A DNA stretch of 32,827 bases, taken from positions 101,083,237 through 101,116,063 of the forward strand of contig NC_068983.1 in the NCBI RefSeq assembly GCF_001194135.2, read 5' to 3'. The DNA comes from Octopus bimaculoides (Eukaryota). The position numbers and the translations under genes are program-made. The notes under the pieces were generated by a model. The model had not been told where the DNA came from. It did no database searches and worked only from the letters and a program-made list of their open reading frames with translations. Below, in pieces: positions 21,303-32,261 of the stretch. Position 1 is the stretch's first letter; every line of letters starts with the position of its first letter.

Positions 21303-21506
21303 TTGCTGGTTAAGAATTGTTTGTACAAGATCTATATGGAGCTGAAGATTTACACACTCAGAGTAGTAAACTTGGATGAAATAGTCACATCGGTGAAACA
21401 TGTAACGTGGTCTTTGATACATAATGTTGGTAATTGTCTGAGCAAGAAGTCGCTTCTCATCTCGATCAAAGACATTGCAGTAGGCTTCAAAATAACACCT
21501 AATCAG
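21303..21506 (-). CDS. Host gene exon 3: LIRCYFEAYCNVFDRDEKRLLAQTITNIMYQRPRYMFHRCDYFIQVYYSECVNLQLHIDLVQTILNQQ
   Basis: Acceptor tatatttttgcag, donor CAA|gtaagt; 204 nt, phase 0/0. Confidence 0.92.
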
Positions 21507-21764
21507 CTGCAAAAATATATAGAAGTGACATTAATATGTAAAACATACATAATTACATATATGAGTCATGTATTTATTACATAATTAATATGAAAATAAA
21601 TCTTTAATAAAGCCACAACTTTAATACATTAAAAGGTTAGCTCACAAAATCAGACACTGTAATCAAAATCCAGGTTAAATAATCAAGAGAATTTTATCAC
21701 TATGAGCAAAGTATTTAAGATTTATTTGGTAAAATACATGAACATCAGCTAATCATTTAAGAGA

Positions 21765-23335
21765 ATCATCATCATCGCATAATATTTGCTTTCCATGTTG
21801 ACATGGTTGGATGGTTTGACAGGAACTGACTAGCTGGGGAGCTGTTCAGGTTACAACTGTCTATTTTAGCATAGCTTCTATGGCTGGATGCCCTTCCTAA
21901 TGCCAACCACTTCACAAGTGTACTGGATGCTTTTTACATGGCACCATCACAGGCACTTTTATGTGGTACTGGCATGGGCACTTTTACATGGCACAAGCAT
22001 GGGTACTTCTATGTGGCACCAGCATGAGTGCTTTTTACATGACACCAGCACCCATGAGTCCTCAAAGGGAGGACCTTTTGCATGAGAGTGATATAGAAGA
22101 TACACCTGTATGTATGGATGGCCATAGTATTACTTAGCTTGACGTGTCTTCTCCAAGCACAGCAAACCATCAGGAGTCTCAGTCCCTTGTCATCTCTTCC
22201 ATGAGGCCCAATGTTTGAAGATCCTTTTCGCACTACTTTGTCCCATGTCTTCCTTGGTCTACCCCTTCCACATGTTCTCTCCACAATTAGAGATTACATT
22301 TCTTTATACAGTTGACTTCATCCATATGCATCACATAACCATACCAGCATACTCTTTTCTCTTGTATGCTACAACTGATGCCACTTGTACCCAATTTTCT
22401 CTTAAATCATTTACACCCTGCTGTATATGTGCCCTGATATTACCCATCCAGCAGAACGTGCTGGCTTCATTTCTTTCAAGCCTTTGCATGTCCTCTGTAG
22501 CCACAGACCATGTTTCATGTCATGTAACTTAACTGTACATACACAGGCATCATACAATCTACTTTCCACTCTTAGGGAGAGGCCCTTTGATGCCAACAAA
22601 GGTAGTAGCTCTCTGATGTAGCAACTACACATTCAGAACTTTCTCCTCCACTGGTAACTTGGTTGCCTAGGTAACGGAAGTTACCAACTACTTGTAAGGA
22701 TCCCCCAGGAATTTGAGGAAATCTATTCTTTGTACATTCTTAGTGTTTTATTGTGCATGCACATCTACCACACACAAGGACTACTTTTTCTGCTAACCTT
22801 ACTGTGATGCAGCAGCACCTCTTATGTGTTCATAGCTTGCACTGGGTATACCTTAAGGAATTTCTACCAACATCTTTCAGACATATTGTACAGGACTACC
22901 TCCCTGAAGGGATTTAAGATTTGTCCTTTTTCCTACTTACTAGAACTTTGGTCTTAGCTAAATTAACTCTACAGCTCTTAGATTCCAGACCCTGCTTCTG
23001 CACGTGAAATTTCTTCACTAGTTCAGGTAGTGATTCAGCTATAAGAACAAGGTCATCAGCATAGAGGAGCTCCCAAGGGCAGACATTCTTAAATTCCTCT
23101 GTTATGGCCTGGATGACTATGATAAACAAGAGGGGTCTGAGAAATGAGCCTTGGTGAACTCCTGCTTGTACACTAAATTCATTTCTATAGTCATTGCCAA
23201 CCTTCACCTTACTGACAGTATCCTAATACTACTCTCACCAACCACTCATCTATCCGTAGCTTCCACACTGGCCACAAGAAGAGGGAGCAGGGAACTCTGT
23301 CAAAGTCTTTCTCCAGGTCTACAAAAGCCAACTTA
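21765..23335 (-). mobile_element. 5'-truncated RTE family 1 copy (RT core, degenerate PHD, C-terminus, 3' UTR)
   Basis: LAFVDLEKDFDRVP, GVHQGSFLRPLLF, LLYADDLVL, CRVNLAKTKV, decayed CTIC...QCKL*THKRC...CGRC, RGRPRKTW, (GAT)n tail. Confidence 0.9.
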
Positions 23336-24078
23336 ACATAGAATTTTTTTCTGTGCTATCACCATCCTCATCATCTTAACATCTGTTTTCAATGCATGGG
23401 TTGGACAGAATGTCACAATTTGATTCAGAAACAGCAACTCTAAGCATCCATTTCACCACCTAGTCTTTTACATACTTGTGTGAGTCTAAATGCATATGAA
23501 CAGAAACTTATGTATGCGTATGCATACACATGTTATATAAACATGCATATAAACAGATACTCATACACACATGTAAATATAAACATAAACAATCATGCAG
23601 ATACACACATTCATATACACTCACACATAGATACACTCCTCTCTCTCTCTCTCTCCTTAGACACATACATGCATGTATACAAACATGTACATGCACACAC
23701 ACACATACAGGGTATACATAGTGTGTCAAACAAAATGTGTTGTGGTTCTGGCTCTTCACATCCTGAGCTTTTAGGTACAGGTGGCAACTGTATTTCTTTC
23801 ACAGCTGGCTTTCCCCATTCTCTCTCTTTCACCAACATATGCATACACACACACACACACACACACATGCCAAAATGCTTGGCATTGCCTAGAGTAAACA
23901 CTCAGTGGATTAACATTCTACTGAACCAATAGTTGCATAGTAATGAAATTGTGTTTACAGGAGCTGTTTTCAATCTCAGAGAAACTATGAACTACCCCTG
24001 CATGTTTTGGTCTCAACACCTCCTGTAACTACTTTATATATGTGTGTGGGTTATGGTCTAGTCATTCGTACTGTAATA

Positions 24079-24848
24079 TCAGGTGGTTCACGAAGGAGTC
24101 ATACCCAATGACTGGTGTAGTCAACTACTACAAAGGTAAAGGTGATGCCTTAGATAGAAATAATTACAGAGGTGTCAAATTGTTGGATAAGGTGATGAAA
24201 GTTATGGAGAGAGTCATAGCCCAACTAATTAGGGAAAGAGTTAGCCTAGATGAGATGCAGCTTGGTTTTGTGCCAGGGAGAAGCACCACTGATGCTATAT
24301 TTCTGGTAAGGCAGCTGCAGGAGAAATACATAGCCAAAGATAAATCTCTGTACTTGGCCTTTGTTGACTTGGAGAAAGCCTTTGACAGGGTCCCCTGATC
24401 CCTTATCTGGTGATCAATGCAGAAACTAGGGATAGACGAGTGGTTGGTGAGAGCTGTACAAGCTATGTACAGGGATGCACAGCTGTACAAGCTGAGTTCT
24501 TTTCAATCGTTGGGCCTTACAGAGACAAAGTGGCTGAGTTCCTTTCGAGTAATGGACTTTACGGAGGCAATGACCAAGACATTTGGCATGATGTTGTGCT
24601 TGAGAAGAAGACTCATCAAACCAAGCAAAGTTGCAACATGACAGATAGCGGTGTCATGCAAATGGCACCCATGCCAGTGGCATGTAAAAGCACCTATTAC
24701 ACTCTTGGAGTGGTTGGCTTTAGAAAGGACATCCAGCCATAGAAAACTATGCCAAATCAGACTGGAGTCTGGTGCAGCCTTCCAGCGTGCCAGCCCTGGT
24801 CAATCTGTCCAACCCATGCCAGCATGGACAACAGACGTTAAATGATGA
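24079..24848 (+). mobile_element. RTE family 1 fragment (RT N-terminal part joined by deletion to the 3' end)
   Basis: KGKGDALDRNNYRGVKLL...QLGFVPGRSTTDAIF...AFVDLEKAFDRVP...AMYRDA, then a jump to the C-terminal and 3' UTR sequence and a GAT tail. Confidence 0.9.
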
Positions 24849-24853
24849 TATAT

Positions 24854-25147
24854 ATCATCATTGTTTAACGTCCGTTTTCTGTGCTGGCATAGGCTGGATG
24901 GTTTGACTAGGGTCTGGGAAGCCAGGAGGCTGCACCAGGCCCCAATCTGATCTGGCAGTGTTTCTACAGCTGGATTTCCTTCCTAATGCTAACCACTCCA
25001 AGAGTGTAGTGGGTGCTTTTTATGTGCCACCGGCACAGGGGCCAGAGGAGCTGACATCGACCACGATTGGATAGTGCTTTTTACGAGCCACCGGCATGAA
25101 AGCCAGTCAAAGCGGCACTGGCATTGGCCACGTTCGGATGGTGCTTT
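24854..25147 (-). mobile_element. RTE family 1 3' end, tail-to-tail with the previous copy
   Basis: ...GTTAAATGATGATATATATCATCATTGTTTAACG... junction. Confidence 0.85.
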
Positions 25148-25206
25148 ATATATNNNNNNNNNNNNNNNNNNNNNNNNNNNNNNNNNNNNNNNNNNNTATA
25201 TATATT

Positions 25207-25242
<36 letters not shown>

Positions 25243-26114
25243 CAGGGTGTGATGGGTAAATTGTCACCATTTTATATTTTTAATTTCATACATGTGCATT
25301 GTTTGTTTTTGATTTTGTCGACTACACAGTATAGTAGGGTCAGTTGGACACCGTCTGTGAGAAAAACACCACCATGATGCAATCCACTCTGCCAGAAATT
25401 TGGAAACAACATGCTGTACTGGTTGGCATTTGCACTGCAAGCACCCAATATAGATGCTTCAGAGTGTTTAAGTGTCAATATGACGACATGTACTGAGAAT
25501 AATAAAAATCAAACATCCAGACATCATGGAGTTTGGAGTGATCACTAGTGATGGCGATGTTATGCCTCCATTAATCTTCCCACATAGCATCAGACTCAAC
25601 ATAAAGGCCTACATCAAGTGCCTAGAGGAGGTAGTGCTGCCCTGGGTCAAGAAGGTGACTGCTGGAAGACCCTATGACTGGCAACAGGACTCTGTACCAT
25701 GCTACACAAGCAGGAAAGCCCAGTCATGGCTGTCAGACAATTTCTGCAACCACATCACCCCTAACATCTGGCCACCTAACTCCCCACACTGCAACCCCTT
25801 TGTTTATTATGAGTGGTGTGCAGTTGAGCGAGAGACCAACAAAACTCTTTGTAACACCAAAGATGAACTGAAGGCAATGATTATGGCTGTATTCACCAGC
25901 TTAAACAAGGAGACTGTCCAGAAAATTTACAGGAGATTCCAAAGTCGCCTGGAGGCTGTGGTTGAAGCCAATGGTGATTTTATTTAATAAATTTACTCTT
26001 TAGTATTTCAAGATATTTTCATGTAATTTTGGTAAATATATCTGTTAAATTGAGATGTTACTGTTATTTTCATTTTTTGCGTAATTTAGACTACAGTTTA
26101 TTCACTGCACCCTG
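25243..26114 (+). mobile_element. Internally deleted Tc1/mariner transposon, DD37D (maT-type)
   Basis: TA|CAGGGTG...CACCCTG|TA ends. ORF 25526-25987 has QQD-x37-V with WPPNSP.CNP (third D changed to V, GAT>GTT). A short N-terminal HTH remnant (EIWKQHAVLVGI...SECLSVNM) is fused upstream. Confidence 0.85.
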
Positions 26115-26124
26115 TATATTATTA

Positions 26125-26521
26125 ACCACACATACTTAATGTATATGTATCATGTATTTGCTGGTAGACTGCAATTAGGCATGATGGAGATTACTTCCTC
26201 AAAGTATTGGGTGTTGAAACACCTGAAAGTCATAGACAGGTAGGACAACTCACTCCAAATCCCATTCACAAGTGATGGACATTGATGTTCTAGCATTTTT
26301 GCAGCTTATCAACATCATGTACTTGAACTGAATCAGAGGTGAATCATACTGCAATCCATGACTGATATACATATAATGTAAAAACTATGTGCTGGTATGC
26401 CCAACAATCCGTATGTATTACCTGCCTATGACTTTCAGGTGTTTTAACACCTAGTACTTTGAGGGAGTAATCTCCACCATGCCAGATTGCAGCCTACCAG
26501 CAAACGTTCAGTATGTGTGGT
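26125..26521. mobile_element. MITE with ~85-bp inverted arms
   Basis: 26157-26242 is the near reverse complement of 26419-26504; outer ACCACACATACT / AGTATGTGTGGT match. Confidence 0.8.
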
Positions 26522-26561
26522 CAGTAATGTTCATTACACTAGTGCTGCTTCTATTTCATAT

Positions 26562-26565
<4 letters not shown>

Positions 26566-26626
<61 letters not shown>
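26566..26626. repeat. (TA)n microsatellite
   Basis: Pure AT run; similar runs at 25197-25242 and ~27313-27348. Confidence 0.97.
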
Positions 26627-26627
<1 letters not shown>

Positions 26628-27186
26628 TTGTGTATATAAAAATGACCAGTAACTGGTCTGTCAGTATGCTAGAAGATCACTTAAAAAATTCTCAAAGAAA
26701 GATTCAGCGGAGCAAAAACAGGCGGGCTAGACCAGTGAAAATTATAAATACCTCAGTTATTCATAGACTATAGTTTCAAAATCAATACTTCCAAATTAAA
26801 GTATCTATTTATCATCAGTACAAATTGCCGATATTATTATAATCGAACAGAATCTCATGCTAATTCAGCGCGCCAAAACTAAGACTTTGAATTTTAATCT
26901 TTATAATGGATAGAATCACGTGCACGTTTTCACTGGCTGGAGACAACTAGCCCGAGATTCTGTTCGATTATAATAATATCGGTAATTTGTACTGATGATA
27001 AATAGATACTTTAATTTGGAAGTATTGATTTTGAAACTATAGTCTACGGATAACCGAGGTATTTATAATTTTCACTGGTCTAGCCCGCCTGTTTTTGCTA
27101 CGCTGAATCTTTCTATGAGAATTTTTTAAGTGATCTTCTTCTAGCATATTGACAGACCAGTTACTGGTCATTTTTATATACACAAG
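26627..27186. mobile_element. Young fold-back/MITE: ~240-bp arms, ~80-bp spacer, TA-flanked
   Basis: TA|CTTGTGTATATAAAAATGACC...GGTCATTTTTATATACACAAG|TA; arms differ at about ten substitutions plus one 3-bp indel. Confidence 0.9.
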
Positions 27187-27307
27187 TACTATAATCCTTT
27201 TAGGATCTCGAAAATTTTTTCCTGAACCTTCTGATTCTTTTAATGTGCTAGTTTCCTGGTATTAAATTGATATTAATTAATATCGAATTTTTACCCTATT
27301 ATGTTAA

Positions 27308-27350
<43 letters not shown>

Positions 27351-27388
27351 TGCCATTAAGGTAGTTCATAATTTCTTTATATACATAT

Positions 27389-27460
27389 ATCACCATTTTA
27401 ACATCCACTTTTCCATGCTTGCCGGATGCCCTTCCTGTTGCTAATCTTCACCTGTTTCCA
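27389..27460 (-). mobile_element. Short RTE family 1 3' remnant
   Basis: TTAACATCCACTTTTCCATGCT...GGATGCCCTTCC next to a TA-rich tract. Confidence 0.55.
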
Positions 27461-27773
27461 TTGTGACATTAATGACAATTCCCTGTGTACTCAATCTGAG
27501 TAATGCTGGGTATTTTAGGTAGCATAAATAAATAACTGCAAGCTAGTGAAGTAAGAATTCAGTGTGCTGAATTAGACACATCGTTTCAATTCCCATTTGA
27601 AGTCATTTCACAGTATTTATGAATACCCTCGAGAAAATCATAACTCATACAATCCTATGCTCACCAGACAATTACATGACTACAGAACCTTCTGCATTCC
27701 ATCTTCCCAAACTGTTATCAACTGTTCCTTCTATTTTAACTGCTCTATTTTCTCTCTACTAAAATAATTTGTC

Positions 27774-29185
27774 AGCAAGGGCCTTAGAGTCAACCTAGCT
27801 AAAACCAAAATCCTAATAAGTAGGAAGGTAGATAAAACACAAACCCCTTCAGGTAGATGGCCCTGCTCAGTATGTAGAAAAGGAGTAGGTAGTAACTCTA
27901 TAAGATGTACCCGGTGCAAGCTATGGACACATAAGAGGTGCAGCAACATCAAAGGCAGGTTAACTAGCAAGTTAGTTTTTGTTTGTGGCAGATGTTCAGG
28001 TGCAATAAGGACTGTAAACAAACAGGAAACAACTTCTATCTCATTCCAGGGTGAAAAACTAGAGGTAGTCGATAGCTTCCGCTATCTGGGCGACCAAGTT
28101 AGTAGTGGGGGTGGGTGCGCTGAAAGTGTAGCTGCTAGAATAAGAATAGNNNNNNNNNNNNNNNNNNNNNNNNNNNNNNNNNNNNNNNNNNNNNNNNNNN
28201 NNNNNNNNNNNNNNNNNNNNNNNNNNNNNNNNNNNNNNNNNNNNNNNNNNNNNNNNNNNNNNNNNNNNNNNNNNNNNNNNNNNNNNNNNNNNNNNNNNNN
28301 NNNNNNNNNNNNNNNNNNNNNNNNNNNNNNNNNNNNNNNNNNNNNNNNNNNNNNNNNNNNNNNNNNNNNNNNNNNNNNNNNNNNNNNNNNNNNNNNNNNN
28401 NNNNNNNNNNNNNNNNNNNNNNNNNNNNNNNNNNNNNNNNNNNNNNNNNNNNNNNNNNNNNNNNNNNNNNNNNNNNNNNNNNNNNNNNNNNNNNNNNNNN
28501 NNNNNNNNNNNNNNNNNNNNNNNNNNNNNNNNNNNNNNNNNNNNNNNNNNNNNNNNNNNNNNNNNNNNNNNNNNNNNNNNNNNNNNNNNNNNNNNNNNNN
28601 NNNNNNNNNNNNNNNNNNNNNNNNNNNNNNNNNNNNNNNNNNNNNNNNNNNNNNNNNNNNNNNNNNNNNNNNNNNNNNNNNNNNNNNNNNNNNNNNNNNN
28701 NNNNNNNNNNNNNNNNNNNNNNNNNNNNNNNNNNNNNNNNNNNNNNNNNNNNNNNNNNNNNNNNNNNNNNNNNNNNNNNNNNNNNNNNNNNNNNNNNNNN
28801 NNNNNNNNNNNNNNNNNNNNNNNNNNNNNNNNNNNNNNNNNNNNNNNNNNNNNNNNNNNNNNNNNNNNNNNNNNNNNNNNNNNNNNNNNNNNNNNNNNNN
28901 NNNNNNNNNNNNNNNNNNNNNNNNNNNNNNNNNNNNNNNNNNNNNNNNNNNNGGGTGGCACATAAAAGACACCATTCGAGCGTGGCCGTTTTCGTGCGGG
29001 TGACACGTAAAAGCACCCACTACACTCTCTGAGTGGTTGGCGTTAGGAAGGGCATCCAGCTGTAGAAACTCTGCCAAATTAGACTAGAGCCTGGTGTTGC
29101 CATCCGGTTTCACCAGTCCTCAGTCAAATCGTCCAACCCATGCTAGCATGGAAAGCGGACGTTAAACAATGATGATGATGATGAT
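27774..29185 (+). mobile_element. Young 5'-truncated RTE family 1 copy with an intact PHD-like finger in the RT
   Basis: 125 stop-free codons SKGLRVNLAKTK...PCSVC...CTRCKLWTHKRC...CGRC...FRYLGDQ...ARIRI, then an 803-N gap of about the length expected for the C-terminus, then the 3' UTR and (GAT)n tail. Confidence 0.9.
28150..28952. other. Assembly gap (others: 7308-7317, 19571-19908, 25154-25196, 31654-31741)
   Basis: Runs of N, all within or next to repeats. Confidence 0.99.
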
Positions 29186-29473
29186 TAGAGTTGGTAGGAT
29201 AAACTACTTAATGTCCAATGTAGCAAAGTATCCTATGTTTGCAATCAAACTACAAATTGCTATTAAACATTATAAACACTAATTAAAGATGGAAAAATAA
29301 TGCTCAGCAAGCAAGAGATATATGGTTTAGATTTTTTTCATTGAACCTGTTCCTTTTCTGTCTCAAATTGGTGCTTATAATGTCTAATACCCATACATTA
29401 AAAGTTTAACAGTTTATCACGAAGCTGGACTGTGAGTCTATATAAGATGCTATTAATAAGAATTTATACCAAC

Positions 29474-29587
29474 ATTGCGTTTACAATTTTGAAAGGCAGC
29501 TTCTTGAGTCCATAAATCCAGGAGAACTCCAAATCTGTCTATATGCATAAGAGCATATTGAGGAATATTAAAATTTTCTGGAATCAC
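29474..29587 (-). CDS. Host gene exon 2: VIPENFNIPQYALMHIDRFGVLLDLWTQEAAFQNCKRN
   Basis: Strong acceptor ttctttatttatttatcag; only frame 0 is open; donor AAT|gttggt chosen because it gives phase 0 into exon 3 (alternative TTG|gtataa at 29470). Confidence 0.8.
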
Positions 29588-29704
29588 CTGATAAATAAAT
29601 AAAGAAAAAGAATTTTTAATTGTCTCAGGAAATGTTTTTTTAAAAACAATAGAGTAATAATATAATTATATAATATTAAATTTATTGAAATTCTTGTGTT
29701 GTTC

Positions 29705-30560
29705 TTATCACATGTTCATAATACTGAAAAAGCGACCTTTCTATGAGGAAAAGTAACAGCTCAACCTGGAAAGACACCCTGATCACTAGGCTATGCACCC
29801 TGTCAAGTAATGTCACACCAGAGCTTCATCAGTGAAACCCCATTTCAACCATCTGTATTAATAAAGTATTCTTTTGGTCATTACCCAATAATCATGACCA
29901 TAGGTGAGAATAGGCCCAAAACCGAATTAAAGAGACCAAGTTTGGCTTTTTTATCAACCTTTTCTCTTCTGAGGATTGAATGATGGAGATGGTGCATTAC
30001 TGTGCTAGCATCTGCAATTCTAGCATCCAATTCATCCTCCTGCTTCCCATCCCTTGTAAATACAGCCCCCAAGATACTTAAACTTCTCCTTTTGCTTCAG
30101 TGATCTTCCACTAACATGCAGAGTGCACTGGGAAGTCGTTCTTCAGAGGACTAATGTTTCAGTCATCACAACACTAATTCGCATTCCTACTTTGCAGCAC
30201 TTGACAGCAAACCCATTCAGTGTATGCTAAAGATTATCTTCTGATGAGTCAAAAAGCACCATATTATCTTCAAATATCAATCAACTAATTCTATACCCAC
30301 TGATAGTGCTATCACTTCCACAAACAGCTGCACATGTCAATCCAGTTCAAAAAAATTATGAAAAGGTGGGGTGACAATACACTTCTCTTCTGAAGTCCAG
30401 CACCCATGTTGAAAGATTTCAACTAAGCACCATTTACCTGAATGCAAACATCCTTGTTGAACCTCTCCAGTAAAGTCTATGTTATGTGACTAAAAAAGAG
30501 ATGTAGGGATATTGTCAAGTCGACATTGGATTTCATCCTGGATGCAATACAACTGACCAG
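29705..30560 (-). mobile_element. Old RTE-clade LINE, family 2 (RT plus C-terminus), no PHD insert
   Basis: GLQKRSVLSPHLF, LIFEDNMVL (decayed FADD), FKYLG AVFTRDGKQEDELDARIADAS, GHDYWVMT...VEMGF...GVTLLDRV...IERS; many stops. Confidence 0.85.
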
Positions 30561-30615
30561 ATATTCACTATACAGCAGATCTTTAAAAAATTCTGGCAAT
30601 TTTGCTAAGAGGTGT

Positions 30616-30834
30616 AAGGTGGCAAAATGACAGAATCATTAACATACCAGGGAAATGCTTAGTGATATTTTGTCTCTGTTTATTTTCTGAGTTAAAATTC
30701 TGCCAGGGTTAACTTAACCCTTCATCCTTTCAGAGTTAATAAAATAAGTATCAGTTGAATACTGGGGCTGGTGTAATCGACTTGTCCCCTCCCCTGAAAT
30801 TGTTTGCCTCATGCCAAAACTTGAAATTAATATT
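30616..30834 (+). mobile_element. tRNA-derived SINE family A (degenerate)
   Basis: GAGTTAAAATTCTGCC...TTCATCCTTTCAGAGTTAATAAAATAAGTATCAGTT...ACTGGGG. Confidence 0.75.
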
Positions 30835-31085
30835 ACAAAGAGATGTACATTTGTCTGCTCTTCCATTTTGGTCAGCGTATTATGTTTTATCATTTCTCTC
30901 TTTATATTTCTAACTTATGGAAATACTTTCAGTTGTAAAAGAAAAAAAATACTCCAACACTATGTAAAAGTATAGTTCTTGCAAACCCTCTCACTCATAC
31001 AAACTGAGAACAAAGGCTAAAAAAATATGGCATGAAATTAACAAATTTGCTAATGCATATTAAATATCAGAAAATATTTAGAGAC

Positions 31086-31194
31086 CTTGTCACAATCAAT
31101 CTTAGAATGTTTCTTGGTAAGAAAATGGCTTCTGATGCTTTTATCATTCTCAATGTAGAAAGAACCCAAAAGCAATAGATCTTCTTCTAGTTGC
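31086..31194 (-). CDS. Host gene exon 1 of 10 in window: QLEEDLLLLGSFYIENDKSIRSHFLTKKHSKIDCDK
   Basis: Acceptor tcttttttttttacag, donor AAG|gtctct; 109 nt, phase 2 in, phase 0 out. The gene continues beyond both window ends. Confidence 0.8.
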
Positions 31195-31466
31195 CTGTAA
31201 AAAAAAAGAATTTATTTTGATACAGAAAATTTTTCCTTTACTACTTTTATTTCTCAAAGTATCAATTAATTAATTGGCTAAATGTTGAAATTAAATTAAA
31301 ACAGAATCAGTGCATGTGTTGATTATTGGCATAATGACCCTCCCAAGATAAAATCAGTTTCAACATACAATGGTTGGTAGAATCGCAGAATCATTAGAGT
31401 GTTAGACTAAATACATTACAGTATTTACTCTACCCTCTGAGATCAAATCTCACCAATTTTATAGAT

Positions 31467-31653
31467 GCAGGTATGGCTGTGTGGTAAGAAGTTTGCTTCC
31501 CAATTACATGGTTCCAGATTCAGTCCCACTGCATGGCACCTTAGGCAAGTGTCTTCTACTATAGCCTCTAGCCATGGAAAGCCTTGTGAGTGGATTTGGT
31601 AGACAGAAACTGAAAGAAGCTTGTCATGTAAATATATATATATATATGTACAT
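31467..31653 (+). mobile_element. SINE family C head
   Basis: GGTATGGCTGTGTGGTAAGAAGTTTGCTT...CAGTCCCACTGCATGGCACC, running into (TA)n and a gap. Confidence 0.85.
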
Positions 31654-31847
31654 NNNNNNNNNNNNNNNNNNNNNNNNNNNNNNNNNNNNNNNNNNNNNNN
31701 NNNNNNNNNNNNNNNNNNNNNNNNNNNNNNNNNNNNNNNNNTATAATTAAGATTTAGTTGAATTAGGTACTTAAGTTGAGGCACCAAGTCTGTCCAGTAT
31801 TGTCTGCACAGCTCAAAGTTAGGTGAATAAAAAGCAAATAAGTAACA

Positions 31848-32255
31848 AGGATGTCCAGGTACTAGAGCATTACAGCTGTTTCAAGTGGCTCGATTTAATC
31901 GATCAATGCAGACCCAATGCTGCATTGGATCAGTTGAATGTGATAAGGATAAAAATGAATGTAGCTATATCACCATTCCTCTTTATTGACCCCCATTATT
32001 TCCTTCTGCCACTCTAAATTATAGTAGGCTTTAGGTATTCTTTCCCTAAATTCATTCTGCTACAATAATAGCAAAAAGAAGCAATGTATTTTAACCTCTA
32101 GTTCTGATGAAAATTTGGCTAAAAGATTATAATGGAGTATCCTGTTTGTTGGAAATCTATATGGTTGCATGCATCTAAGCAGATGTAATGTTTATATTGA
32201 TCGATTAAATGGAGCCGCTTGAAACAGCTGTAATGCACTAATTTCTGGACATCCT
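31848..32255. mobile_element. MITE with 60-bp TIRs (mariner-like CAGGATGTCC end)
   Basis: 31848-31907 is the near reverse complement of 32196-32255; the right end is followed by a TA run. Confidence 0.8.
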
Positions 32256-32261
32256 ATATAT

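Noticed and set aside
23480-23932. 150-aa His/Thr-rich ORF and overlapping ORFs
   Set aside because: Translation of (CA)n, (CT)n and (AT)n low-complexity sequence.
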